Source of the DNA: Trichosphaerium sp. ATCC 40318
Lineage: Eukaryota > Protista > Tubulinea
Direction: 5' to 3'
Assembly: GCA_038496445.1 (NCBI GenBank)
Contig: JALMLS010000593.1
Location: 1-64,000, forward strand
Length of the DNA: 64,000 nt
The notes beneath the pieces were generated by a model. The model ran no database searches. It had not been told where the DNA came from and saw nothing but the letters and a program-made list of their open reading frames with translations. A program made the position numbers and the translations under genes. Positions 12,315 through 26,300 of this stretch are shown here, piece after piece. The stretch's first letter is position 1; every line of letters begins with the position of its first letter.

Positions 12315-14070
12315 TTAGTTCGTTTTTTTCGTTGACACGCGCCATTCAGTTTGTCCTAAACTAAAGTTTTTAATATTCCATGAAGCCTGTTCAAGCTTGG
12401 TAATGAATTCTTTCCATTTGTGTTCTATTTCTGGTATTGTACAGTCCACCATTGCGTCTCTTTTTGTCACAATAAAGGCGTGATAGTAACTCTGAATAAT
12501 ATCCAAGGGAGTCACGGTGTCGAGATACAGGACGTTGATCATACCATCAGATTTTTTGAATAAGACATAGGCATGTGGATGCACCTCAAGGAATTTATCA
12601 TAATAGACACAGAACTGTTGATGTGTCTTGTCATCACACACCGAACTGATCGGCACACCCAAGGATATCTACAATCACCACATTAACCTAACGTAATATA
12701 TACTTGTCTTACCTTGGTAGGTGACGTATACCAAAGCCTTTCTTTATTCCTAACCTGTCGTGGACTTAGTATTTTTCCTACAAAAAAAGTTAGCGCGAAT
12801 AACATTTCCAGTGATTACCAGTGCTAACGTATTCCTCCAGAATAATGTCTGCGCGTTGCCTATTTTTAAATAGATGAGCAAAGGAGCCTTTGTATTCCAA
12901 ACAAACCTGTTCAACTTGTCAAAGATTAGAGATTTCACAGCAAGGTAATTGAAGATGAGATGTGCAGCAGATAGCACCAAGAACAGTGTCCAAGTCACAA
13001 AGCTCGAATCTGATATTGAAGATGCAACAAATATGCCAATAAGCAATCCTAGACAGTGTGAATGTACGTAGCACCATGGTAGTTACCAACAAGATTAACG
13101 CATGTCTCTTGCGAACCGTCTTTTGCAGATACATCTAAGTTTGTCAAATAACAATCTATGTACCGGCGATAATTCCACGTGTACAAAAGACTTACCAGCC
13201 ATGTTACCTCTCTTGGCTTGGTGCTCTGTAACAGCAGCACGAGTAGCAGCTTAAGGTAAAATTAGGTGATATAGCGGTCTAAATACTTACCACCAGCGAC
13301 ACCAACAATAGCTCTGAATAATGAGCCTACAGTTTGAAGTTATAAAATAATCTTGCTTTCTTATGTCTTACCAGCACAGACAAGAGCAAGAAAATATTGA
13401 GGAAATACAGCGGATAACATATCCAGGAGCATTGCAAAGTCATTTAAGCCATCTGCAACCAACCGCCATGTCTTTGCATTTCTGTCCAAGTTGGAGCCTT
13501 GCCACCACGCAAAAACAATCCTACCAACGTGACCAGTGCCATCTCTGATGAGCCAATTTATTGTGGCACTCGTGACATTCGCAGACGCTACAAGCTGTCA
13601 ATTTCGAGTCACGTGACAAGTGGTATTTATGGAATTTTCTGTACCGCACCTTTGCCAACGCCTACGCCACTCAATATAGCCTTATTGGAGTGTAAATAAT
13701 ATCAACGTTTCAATTGCAGCACTACCTTTGTAGCAAGGGTCCCTGTTGCGTAGCTACAAAAAGCTTGAAGTGTATCGTAGATTTGGTACTCAAGATAGTC
13801 CTCTGACACTGAATCGGGGTACCTCAGGCATTTGGTAAACATTTCTAAACGGTTACAAAAAAAAACCCAGCAAATGTGCGTACCCTTCTGGTAGAAAGGC
13901 TTCATAGAAGAATTGCTGTAAGGACACGCTAAAATACGAGCTTTTCGTTTTTTCTAGCCTAATTCTGGTTTAAAACACTTACAGACGCTCTTTCCAACCT
14001 ACCTTGTACTAGATATCGCGTATACATTCTTAAGCGTACCACACCGCTCTTCAAAGACTCGTGATTGCAT
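12315..14070 (-). CDS. RUS1: RUS1/C16orf58 (DUF647) family protein
   Basis: EAFLPEGYPDSVSEDYLEYQIYDTLQAFCS, KTWRLVADGLND and DVSAKDGSQET are DUF647 signatures. Confidence 0.9.
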
Positions 14071-14273
14071 ATTTAAACCACGATTCGAAGCGAAACTGTT
14101 TTTGGCTTGTCGCAAACACAAAACGGACTTAAAGGACTGAGCTTTTTTTTTGGTGATGACTCATTTTTTCTTTAAATAGTTTCTTTTTATTTTAAATTTA
14201 CAATTCTTTAACGGCTTAGAACCGTTACGCTATGGTTTCATATATCAACAATGGATTGCAAGGTATTTTCTAT

Positions 14274-14856
14274 CTATGGTGATGCAATTCCTTGTTCCTT
14301 ACTTATCTGGTCCATGAGCGTGGAGTAAAGCCATTCGAGTTCATGTTTTGTTGTGTAACTCTCGAATTTTAGTAATACACGCGATTCAGCCAGTTGCTCA
14401 GGGCGATGATTTATCCAATAATCGATTAACGAAACAAGCCTCAAAATGCGCATTTTGCACGTTCTACAAACCGTTTAGAATTCGAAACGGTTTTTTTTTT
14501 TTTGTTTCGAGCTTAAAAACTGCTTTAGTAAGTACCTTGGGGTCGAATCCGCTCCCTCTGCCTTTCTCTTTTTAATAGCCTTTTCGATTTTGCGATATTC
14601 TGCAAAGATAACGCACAACTTGCTCCTTTAATAGACATGTGAGTTAAATGCTGAATGTGCAATGTTCGTTTTTTTTTTGAACTTACTGTGGTGATGGTAC
14701 TGATTCTTCAAAGAGGTATTCCGCATCATCAGGGTTAATAGCGTAATGCCTATATACCTCACGTAGATCTTTCTTCCATACCATCTTGTTTATCTCCTTT
14801 AACTTGAGAGGAGGTACTTCAGAAGATGCTCGCCTTTCTCTTGTTCTTGATGCCAT
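14274..14856 (-). CDS. small hypothetical protein
   Basis: Exons MASRTRERR…YLFEESVPSP / GASCALSLQNIEKSKRLLKEK / …HELEWLYSTLMDQISKEQG with GT-AG junctions. Ends are approximate. Confidence 0.5.
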
Positions 14857-15393
14857 GTTGTTCACCTCAGCCACAATTAGATATTATGGTAAAAGTGCGC
14901 AGTTTTCATTGCAGAGTGTTGAAGTTTTTTGTCATTGCGTCATACACGCACTTTTATGGTACACTATTTAATCAGTGATACTGATGTAAATTGTTTTGTG
15001 CACGCATAAATGGCGAACCGTTTTTTTTTACAAAACAATGCAAAAAAAATAGACACAACCAAAGCTACGAACTTCCCACTATATGTGTCGCTCGCTTTTA
15101 ACTCCTGATAGCGTAATAGATGAAATGGGAGATTAGTTCTATAAGTAGAAACTTTTGAATACCAACTTCTAGATAAACCTCTTCTAAAAATACCAAAAAG
15201 GCAATTGACGCTATTCGTTACACAAATGCTTAAAACAAACACGCAACGTTTTTTTCAGAATTCACAAGGTCACGTTTGTCGGAAAATCGTAACGGAGCTT
15301 GATTGCAATACATTGTATCCAAGTTATTACGACATTTTTTAATGACTTAAATGACGTTTTGTACAAATTGTACTTACGCCATTATTAGCGAAC

Positions 15394-17806
15394 ATGGTCG
15401 GTTAGTTCATAGTGCTTCGTCATCACCAAGCTCATTATTTTTTTCGCTAGTTAAGTGCGTGTGTAAAGATTTTAAGTAACGCTTAAATTTTCAGTCAAAT
15501 GCCTTTCTCTTTGCTATTTTTTTGGTTTGTTAAAAGCTCGAATTCATTTCGTTTAAATACCCTCTTATCTTAAAAAAAACGAAGCCAATAGCACGCCAGC
15601 AATGTCGATTCGGTCATCATCGTCAAAACACCACCGTACACAGAGTAACTTTACAGACTATGAGCCCAATAGACGTAGAGGTAGTTCTGACTCTACTCAC
15701 AGGTCCGACAGGCACTCTAGCTCAGATCGTTCATCAGGCTCAAAACGCCGCCGGGACGACGATAGGTATCATGGGCATTCAAAGCGCAGGAGGCACTCAA
15801 AAGATAGGGACAGTAGAAGCAAAAGCGGTAGTAGAAGTGATAGACATAGGTCAAAATCTCCACCCGCTGAACCTGTAGAGCAAGACGAAGAATACCGCCA
15901 AAGAATTGAAAAACAATTACAACTGGCCGTCACAGACGCCGAAACTGAAGAAGAAAAACGCGCACGCAAGCGTCGTGAGCGTATGGCAGCGATCAAGGCC
16001 AAACATGCGCAAAAGAAGGCCAAGGAAAGCGAAACGAAACCAGAGGAGAAAAACAACAATATAAAGAGCGAAGAGGCCACGAAAACACAGCCAGAACCCA
16101 CTCCGATGGACACGGATGAACCTAAACCTTCAAAGAGGCTTCAAAAGGAGGAAGAAGACGAACCAAAACCAGAACCAGAAAAGAAAGCTGCCTCACCAAA
16201 AAAACCTGCTTTCGATCTGTTTTCTGACCAACCAGCTGACGATTTATTTGGTGCGTGTCAAAATTTTTGTATCATTTTTGTATTCTTTTGAGTGTTCCTA
16301 ATGTTTCTCTTATAGCCTCTCAGTTATCCGATAAGACTAGAAGAAAGGGTCCTGATCCTGCAGCTGATAAAGAAGGTTACTATAAAGCACGGTACGTTCA
16401 AACAAACATCTCAGGAGAGGCGAGAAAAATGACCCTCTAAAACAACGTTTTTTTTTGAATGTAATTTTCTTTTACTTACTATGTGCTTAGTATTGGTGAT
16501 ATTATTGGTGGGAAATATAAAATCGTTGGGTTTCATGGTAAGGGGCAATTTGGTAATGTTTTAAAAGCTAATAACATACTTGAAAAGAACAAAGAAGTTG
16601 CTATAAAGGTATGTCTTGAATAATCTTTTTGAGCGGTTTGTGAATTTCACAAAAAGTTTTTTGCCTTTCTTTTCATTGATTAATCATTTACTTATAATTT
16701 TCTGTAGCTCCTGCGCTCGAACGATGTCATGAAGCGTTCAGGCTTTTCAGAAATTAAATTTCTAGAAGAGATCAAAAAGAAAGATCCCCACAACACCAGG
16801 AATTGTGTTTACCTTTATGAGCAGTTGCAAGAACGTGGTCACTTGTGTCTTGTGTTTGAGAACCTAGAAAAGGACTTGCGTCAATTCAGAAAGGGTTGGA
16901 AAGGAGCATTGCCATTACCTTATGTTCGTGCATACACCTTCAGACTCCTCAATGCTCTGACATTACTTGACACTCTTGGAATAATTCATGCTGACTTGAA
17001 GCCAGATAACATTTTAGTCACCAAAAAAGGAGACAACATTAAGTTAGCTGACTTTGGAAGTGCTATGAATGAGTCACAAGTACAAGTGACACCTTTGCTT
17101 GTTTCGCGGTACTACCGCGCACCAGAAATTATTTTAGGAATGAAGTACGCATTTTTTGAAGAACTTTTTTTGCTTTTAATATTAGTTGACTAATGGTCTT
17201 TGTAGATATGGTATGGCTATTGATATGTTTGCCTTGGGTTGTACAGTGTACGAACTTGCTATGGGAAGACCTATGCTCCGATCACGTGATAATAATCATC
17301 ATTTATCATTGCTTCTTGAATACAAAGGTGTTCCAACTAAAAAGTTTTTGGCAAAAGGCTGTTTCAGTCGTGATCATTTCGATACACAGGGTAGATTTCT
17401 GGAGCATACATCTGATCCCGCCGATCCTACAAGGGTACGTATTGTTGAATCAAAATGATTTTTTTGTTTTTAAAAGTCGGAAACAGTCGGACGAACAATT
17501 TTCTTTGACGTTGTTAACAATCACTGTCTTTTATTCATTTTTTTTTTGTAGGCTATAGTGCGTAAAGTAACCATCAATCGAAGCCGTAGTATACTAAATG
17601 AGCTTAATGAGTTATATACTGGATTAACTAAAGATCAAAAAGTGTTTGTTGGTTTCTTGGCTGATTTTATCGAGAAATGTGTTGAATTTCAACCTGAAAA
17701 GCGTTTGACGCCTGTACTGGGCAGGCAGCATAACTTTTTCAAAAAGCTATTTCCAGAGGAGGATGGAGAACCAAAGTTAAAACAACCAGCAGAGAAAAAG
17801 AAGTAG
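15394..17806 (+). CDS. PRP4K: PRP4 kinase (PRPF4B-like, DYRK-related)
   Basis: RS-rich N-terminus, DKEGYYKARIGD, GKGQFGNV, HADLKPDNIL, DFGSA, LVSRYYRAPEIILG. A 7-nt first exon at 15394 splices in frame upstream of the ATG at 15602, which is an alternative start. Confidence 0.9.
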
Positions 17807-18028
17807 GCCAGGCCTTCGCTGAACACCAGCATGCTTGTTTTCATCATTGACTAATAAAAACCGTAATTGTATAGTAACAAGTCTTGTATTGACACGTATA
17901 GAACCAATACGCCACGTATGTATTCTCTACCGAGTTGTAAAGCTTTAACTGAATGTTTTGCGAAATTAACCAATTTTTTCTCATCTCTTAACGCCAGTTT
18001 TATTAAAACACCTCAGAAACTACCACAC

Positions 18029-20598
18029 ATGGCCGAACCAAATGAAGACCAATATCCAGAGTCCTACTTTTGCCCTTTAACTCATCAGCTAATGAATGAC
18101 CCTGTGGTTGATCCTGAAGGTAATTCATACGAGCGAGAGGCCATAACGCAGTGGTTACAACAAAATGCCACTTCTCCGGTTACGCGAGCAGCTTTGACAG
18201 TAAAAGATCTTGTACCGAACCGCGCGCTTAAAGATGCTATTGAAGAGCGCCGTAAAAAGCTTGGAGACCCTAAACCAAAACCAGAAGCTGCAAAACCTCA
18301 AGTTGAAGCTACAGAGAACCCCACAGGCGTAACAGTGTCTGTGACCACAACGAAAACATTCACAAACAAGAATGAGGTACAACACAGCAAAAATAGCCGC
18401 TTTGAATTTTCTTCTTTTATCTATCTACTCGCGTAGCACAATTTTTACCCACTTTGGTTGTTTTTTTTTTCGTTAACGAATAATAATAGCTCTTGGCCAA
18501 AGTATCTATCAATACACCAGAAGGAACAACAAGAACGCCTTGTGACATATGCTGTGTCGTTGATATTTCAGGATCAATGGATTCAGAGGCCACTATGAAG
18601 AACAGTTCTGGTAAGAACGAGTCTCACGGATTATCTATTCTCGATGTCGTCAAACACGCTGTCAAAACAATCGTCAAGTCTCTCAAACCAACGCACGTGC
18701 ATTTTTTTTTAAAGAAAATTTGAAAAAAAAAATCGTTCGAAAATGTTATTATGTTCTTCGTTGTCTTATTTTTTCCTACAGTGATCGTATGTCTTTGGTT
18801 ACCTACAGTGACACAGCCACGAAAGTTTTTGGCCTTACAAAGATGGACCCAGCAGGCAGGCAGATGGCTTACGACAAGGTTACAAGCTTGCAAACAGAAG
18901 GTTGCACTAATCTCTGGGACGGCATAAACACCGGTCTAGAAATCTTGCGTACATCTGGTAGACCTAATACTATGGGTGCAGTCATGGTGCTAACTGATGG
19001 TCTTCCTAATGTTTCCCCACCTCGCGGTGAGCTCGCAATGATGAAGAAATACAAAGAAAAGAACGGTTTGAACTGCAGTTTAAACACTTTTGGTTTCGGC
19101 TATTCCCTCGACAGTAAACTATTGGCCGAACTAGCTGTAGAAGGCGATGGATCATACGCTTTCATCCCTGATAGCGGCTTCGTTGGAACTGTATTCGTTA
19201 ACGCAACGGCAAATCTTCTTTCAACAATGGCTCGTACAGTCACTCTCTCTATTGAGCCTAGCGATGGAGTAACTGTAGTGAAAGATCCTGCACTTGATGT
19301 CAACCCTACAAAATACACTTCGTGGGGAGCCAGCATCAATCTAGCGTCCTTGCAATTCGGGCAATCAAAAGAAGTCGTTGTACGCTTGTCTGTACCTGAA
19401 GGCACAGACATGAGCAACGTAGTAGAGGCAACTATCAAATACACGTGCCCTGGAAAAGAACCAATTGAAGCATCTGCAACAGGCGGTTACTTGAAGGATG
19501 ACTTGTCAGCAGAAGAACACCGTCACCGACTGATGGTTGTCGATTGTGTAGCACATGCTGTTAAGCAAGGAAAAGCCGGTCAACTTCACAAAGCTAAAGC
19601 ATTGATCACTGCTTTGATAGCTGAGATCCAAGGCTCAGCTTCTTGCAGCTCAGAGCACATTGTAACTCTGTTAGAAGATCTAACAGGTCAAATCACCGAA
19701 GCTGTGTCTAAAAAGGAATGGTTTAAGAAATGGGGCTGTCACTACCTTCCATCTCTTGCTAGGGCGCACTTACTCCAACAATGTAATAACTTCAAAGATC
19801 CTGGTGTTCAACATTACGGAGGTACTCATATTTTCTTTTTTTGTATTTAAGATTGCTAAGTGTTTGTTAAGGCAAGTTGTTCCGTGATTTGCGCGATGAA
19901 ATTGAAGACAGATTCTGCACACTGCCTCCACCAAAACCATCAAGAAAAGTAAGCACCAGAAGCGGATCCAGCTACTCTAGACCAGTAGCAAGCATGAGGT
20001 ACATAAAACTCGAATAATTTGATCGTTTTTTGTTTACCATCTTTCTAGCACATACAACAATAGATCTGCGCCTTGCTTTGATGGCTCTTGCACAGTCTTA
20101 ATGGCTGACGGTAGCTTGAAACGTGTAGAGAACATTACAAAGGGAGATATGGTCAAGACATGTGGAGGCCCAGCTCAAGTGACTTGCGTTATCAAGACAT
20201 TATGTGCCAGAAATCAAACACAATTGGTTACACTTGAAGGTGGCCTGCGTGTCACACCTTACCATCCTATTCGTATTGAAGGAAAATGGCAATTCCCTTG
20301 CAACATAAAGCAATCTACTCCTCGTATATGCAATGCAGTGTACAGTTTTGCGTTGGATTCTGAGCATGTAATGCTTATCAATGGCATTGAATGTGTTACA
20401 CTCGGACACAACTTTAAAGATGACCTTGTTGTTCAACATCCATTTTTCGGATCTCAAATTGTTATAGATGAATTGAAGAGCATGCCTGGTTGGGAACGTG
20501 GACTTGTTCAGTTTTCTGGGGAATGTATGATGAAGGATAAATCAACAGGCCTTGTTTCTGGTTTTGCAAAAAACCAACTTATCACGTGTAGAAATTAG
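18029..20598 (+). CDS. U-box + VWA + Vwaint + Vint (Hint) domain protein
   Basis: U-box FCPLTHQLMNDPV…SYEREAITQWL…SPVTR…LVPNRALK. VWA MIDAS DISGS, with LTDG. Vwaint WGCHYLPSLARAHLLQQCNNFKDPG. Hint CFDGSCTVLMADG…TPYHP…VYSF…TLGHN. Confidence 0.9.
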
Positions 20599-20693
20599 AA
20601 GAAAAAAAAAAATAAAGTGTTGAAACATTAGGCAAATATCTAAATATTTTTTTTGTTGTTTTTTTGATTTTCTTTTTATTATTGTACAATTAT

Positions 20694-23099
20694 TTATTCA
20701 TCTTTTGAATGTTTCTTGAGATACTTTTGAAGTACAACAAGCCCGTAAAGTACTTCAGCGAGTTTCATTGACTCTGTACCCAGTAGTGCAACGTGACAGC
20801 GCTCAGAAGGATGAAGTTTCAATCCAAATTTTTTGAAGTCCTGGCGTGTTATTTCCCATGGTGTACAAGCTAATTTCTTAGCGTACGCCTTCTGTGTTTG
20901 TTGGAGCGTAGTATTTATCTACATTGGATAAGTAAAAAAGGAGAAAAAAAAAAGAAAAAAAAAAGTCTGTAGCTACAGAGGCACACACAGCTGCATAGTT
21001 ATAATCATCATGGAGGACACCCTGTGTTCTATGAATATACACCCAAATTGCGCGACGCAATATAGTGGTATCAATGTGTAACTGGTTATAAAATGTGTGA
21101 TACGTCAACTCATAAGTGTGCTACAAATTTGATGTAAGTTAAAAAAAAAAAGACCTCATAAACATTTCAAAAAAAAAAAAAACCAAACAACAAAACAACA
21201 AAACACAAACCTTAAATTGAGCATCAAGAGCATTCGCCATTTTGCTAGAATGAAATCTTTTTACAAGAGAATAACCATGTACACTCCAAGAGAAATTCTC
21301 AATGTGATGTATAGAATACCCTCTATTATCTTCACCCTTCAATCGAACAGTCAGTATGTGATATCACTTCAAACAACAAAAAAACCAATTAAAAAAACTC
21401 CGCAATACCTGTTTAGCACCAACTTGAAACTCAGCATAACCCTCAGTAAACTGTCCAACCATGTGTGTAAAACCTTCCCAATTTTCTCCGAGGAATGCAG
21501 GCTCATGCGGCTCTTGTTCTGCATTAGCATACGCGTTCGTATCACTAGACTAAATGATAGAGTAAATAACGACGATATGATTGTTTTCTATAGATCTCAC
21601 CTCTTGGTTGTTTCTATCATTAATAGCTCCTTGTTTCAGCTGAGCAATCAGAGTATCTGTACGCGTGTTTGTTTCCTCGTCTTCATCAAGTTCTACTTCT
21701 TCGACTACTTGCGGTAAGTCTTGGCTTGCAGCAAGCCTATTTGCTTCTTCATCTATCCCAACGCCCATTGAGAAAGCGGCTACTTGTCTCCAAGATGCCA
21801 TCAGAATAACAGCTTGAACATATTCAGGTATTGTCCATTTTGTATCCTGATCCCCTGAGAACAGGTCTTGTAAGTGTTTCTCTTTGAGCTGCCATGGTTG
21901 ATGTGCGAGTAGTTGATTTATATGTAGTATTTTTTGAAGCTTCAATGGGATATGTTCGACACCCTGAACGCGCCGTTAACGGTTTTAAAGAAAAAGAAAA
22001 AGGAGAACCTCCGCAATTTCTGAAAAAATTCTTGTTTACCTTGAGCCATGTTTGATCGCCTCCACAAGCTATAAAATCCTCTTCTAATTGTGCGTACAAG
22101 TACTTACATCTATAACGACTTGTTGCCTTTATAATAGGTGTGAATTAAACGTCATCTAAGGAAAAAAATACCAAAAATGTTTGGCGGACTTACGAGCATT
22201 GAGATGTATAGTTTCTCCGCAAGTGGGAAAGCTGATTCTACTGACATGAGTTGATCTGTTGAATTAACAAAGAGATTGAGGTAGGAGGAGTGCCAAGCCA
22301 TGATTCTTATATGAGGACGTAAACGACCTTCGGTGCTCACCGTTAATTTTCATGTCGTTATCACGCTATGCGAGGGGTGGTTTTATTTCGTTGCGTACCT
22401 GTTTGAAGGAATATTGATTGAAGTGTCTTTAATAGGTTAGGATCATTTTCTTCTATATGTTGTAGAGAGGATAGATGCTTTGCTGAGAAAAACGTTGAGG
22501 GAGGTCTTGGTTTTAAAATACAGATGTTTTTCTGTTTCAGTGTCTAAGCAACTTTAGAGTGAATCATAATACCAATGAAATGCATAGTACGCGTAGAAAA
22601 AATGTGCGTAGTGGTAATTGGCGTGATGAAGCGTACAGGAAGACTTTCTGTTATAAACTGCTCAAATAAAACGCGTAGCTCGGAGAATGGGCACTCTTCA
22701 GCCAGTCTTATGATATAAGGCATGTGAGCAAGTACCAGTGAGTCATCAGAATTGTTTGTTAGCGCGTGTTTTAGCGTCGTTATTATGCGTTTAGCACCAC
22801 GCGTTCTAGTTGCTGTCTCTAACGTAAATAACCCTTCAAAAAATGCCAAAGATGTATCATGGGGCAGTAATTGATGCTCAGAATCAGAGCTGAATCGTAG
22901 ATCCATTTCTCCTACAGTAAGTGTGAAAAACACGTAATTTTTTGGTTTGTTGCGCCTCACCAACCCAAGAGTCCAGCGTTAATTGCGCAATATCATCTGT
23001 GGCGCTAGAACTCAACGGCGAAGCTACATCGGGTACTTGAGGTGGTGAGTTTGGGGGTTCTGAGCCTTTGTTATCTGTTGGGAACTGTACACTGGACAT
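20694..23099 (-). CDS. SESN: Sestrin (PA26 family)
   Basis: SRYRCKYL, INQLLAHQPW, FSWSVHGYSLV, DTTILRRAIWVYIH, HDDYNY and PSERCHVALL. Confidence 0.92.
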
Positions 23100-23315
23100 A
23101 CAATAGTGAAAGCCCGCAAAAAAAGCCTGGAAGATTAAGTCACAAAAAAACTGACGACGAGTGGAGAATTTAGTGATGAGGTGTCATTGGTTAGTGATCA
23201 TTGCAACAATGTTGAATACAACTTGCACATTCATAAATAAGGTAAACAAGTCCACGTGTTTTGCCTAAACTGGCACATTTGCACATGTTTTTATTTTATT
23301 GTTTTATTTTGTCAG

Positions 23316-26300
23316 TTATTTAACTTGAACAGATTTGATAACCTCGACGAGGTTAGCGAGTACACCTGCTGCTGTAACACTAGCACCAGCTCCAGGACCT
23401 TTAATAACCAAAGGGTACGCGTTATACCTAAACGAAAAACGTAAGAATCACTGAAAACAAAAGCAGTTATGTGTTTACCGTTCAGATGTGAACATAACTA
23501 TATTCTCACTTCCTTCTAAACCAGCGAATACGTGCTTTTTAGGATACAATTGAATACCTAGCGTTGCTTTCTTAGATACAAAGTCTACTACTCCAACCAT
23601 CCTCATGACCTTTCCATCCTCCTACAAGATCTGTAAGTAAATCTCTACGTTTCAGTTGTACTTACAGCAGCCTTTTTCCGTCTTGCGTTTAAGTCTGAGT
23701 CTAGCGAGGTCGAAGGTAATTTATCAAGAAAGTCAGCGATAGATACTTTAGCAAGAGACTCTGGTACGAGATTTTCAATTGTGATATCATCAAGACTAAT
23801 GTCAAAACCAGCTTCTCGAGCTAAAATTACAATTTTACGAGCAAAGTCAGTGCCTGACAAATCATCCCTTGGGTCTGGTTCTGTGTACCTGACAAATATT
23901 GAGCGAGGTGTCACTTATAAATGACGTACCCTAGTTGTTTGGCTTGCTTTATCATGTCTGAAAAGTTCTTTGTATTTCCGTCCTTGCAGAACTCATTGAA
24001 CAAGTATGAAAGTGTACCTGAAAGTACGCCTTCAACTTTGAGTAGTTTATCTCCTATAACAAGTCACGTGGGTGCCGCGAGATTATTGTAACATCCAATT
24101 CTTACCTGAGCTAACTAATGACTTGATAGTGTGTATCACAGGTAATCCAGCGCCTACAGCGCACTCGTACATGCACATTACGCCAAGATTTGATACTTGC
24201 TTGTCAATTGACTTAAAGAGAGCAATGTCACTTGAAAACGCTTTTTTGTTCGCTGTAACCACGCTTATACCAGCTTCTAACCATTCTGGATACTTGTCAG
24301 ATATGCCAACACTATCAATAGACTGTGATTAATAGCTTTAGATGGATTTTGCAATGGTTACCTTGATGTACAATCTACTATCACTGAACTTTTGCATGCT
24401 AAGTTAGCCAAGAACTTTGTCATGCTCTGAACATCAGCTGGCTCGGACTTGGCGCCAAAGGCGTCAAAACACGAAATACCTTGCTTGCTTTGGTCTGACC
24501 ATAAAGCCAAGTCAAATCCTGAAATCATTAGAGATATACCTTTGAATGTGAGCTTTAACCTGCTTCGTTTTTAATCATCACTTTTGATCTTGCAACACCA
24601 ACTAAGGAAATATTTATGTTGTATCTTTTTTTATATTTTTCGATTTGTTCAGATAACTGTCTAATAAAGTGCTCTCCAACCAAACCTTGTACATCAGTTA
24701 GAAATTTTATGTGTATGAAAAAAAACAGTGCTGCCATTGTGCGTACCTGCACCCATGAGAACAATTCCCACATCTATTTGGCCTCTGTTATAAAATGCAT
24801 CGTGCGCGGCCTAACACAATTTAACAAATTGTAGATTGTTGTCATGTGATACCTGAAGAGCCTTTTTACAGTCTGCACTATTTATCACAACGGAAATATT
24901 GCATTCAGACGATCCTTGTGCAATGGCAAGTACATTCACACGGACACTAATAAGAGTTAGTTTAATCTTAAAGTAAGTCGTGCATACCGAGCAAGAGCAC
25001 TGAATAATCGTGACGCTATGCCTGGCGTATGTGCCATTCCTGAATGCATTTAGTATAAGATATGAGAGAGTCAGCGTACTTTCACCAACTGCAGCGAAAA
25101 CAACACAGTCCTCTGTTGCATATGGCTTTTCAAAAGCGTTTGTTTGAATCTCCTTTTCAAACGCTGTGTTTAGTGCTTCAAGTGCTGCATTGGCGGACTT
25201 TGAGGCAACAGCAATGCAAATAGAGTGCTCTGATGAAGCCTGAGAAATGAGAATTATAGAAATATTCTTTTCTTGAAGAGCCATAAACATTCTCTTGGCT
25301 ACTCCTGGCACGCCTATCATTGATGTGCCTTCTAGGGTAACAAGGCACAAGTCCTCAATATAAGATAACCCTTTTACAGGTGAAGCAGCATCGTCAGTTA
25401 CTTTCTGAGATATAATGAGAGGCGTGTAGTCATTGCGTGTACGTACAGAATGCACACGAGTTCCTGCACCTTTTGGATCAAAAGTACATTTTACAGTCAA
25501 TTCAATGTCATTTTTCTTAGCCGGACCAAGTGCTCGAGGATCTAGTACGTACGCTCCAAAGTGACTCAACTCAGCCGCTTCTCTATAAGTCATACTCTCA
25601 ATGCGATGTGCACCGTGAATAATTTTTGGATTCGCAGTATAAATACCATCAATATCAGTCCAAATTGTAATTGAATGCTACATTATGACACGTGTCAAAA
25701 TTTGTTTTCATTCAACCAAAAAATTTGACGTACAGCTTTTAAAAGTGACGCAAATATAGTAGCTGAATAATCACTACCATTTCTATTGAGAGTTGTGGCG
25801 TTTCCTTGCTTTGTGCGTGCAACATACCTATAGAACATGTCAACAAAATAAACAAGTTAACAGGCGTTTTTTTGGCTCACCCTGTGATTACTACTACGCT
25901 CGATTTGGCATCCATCTTCTTGTGTTCATCAAGCCAGTTCTACAAGATGAATAATTACAATTACTCTATAAATCAGACTTCCATACTTTGAGTAACTTTG
26001 CACTGTCTTCCCATTGGATGACAGGACCTACTTGGTGGCACGATACAGTTAATACTTGGCGAGCGTCCATCCACTCTACATTTGCCCCCCTACGCATTAT
26101 TAGCAATTTATACGCCGTTGGTTGGATTACTGTTCAGCGAGGTAGCTGCATAGGGTAATAGCAGACCAAACTTCACCATAGCCCGCGATGACATCTGCTA
26201 GTGGTGCCTACGAGAAGAAATAAGCGTACGAATGCTTAAAAAACGTGCCGATACGCCGGTTAGCTCAACGGCGTTTAATAATGTTGTTAGCTTTTTAGAA

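Noticed and set aside
1351-23203. Shared 12-mer TAGTGATCATTG upstream of the RRM gene (1351) and sestrin (23192)
   Set aside because: Many chance 12-mer matches are expected in 64 kb of AT-rich DNA, and there are only two copies.
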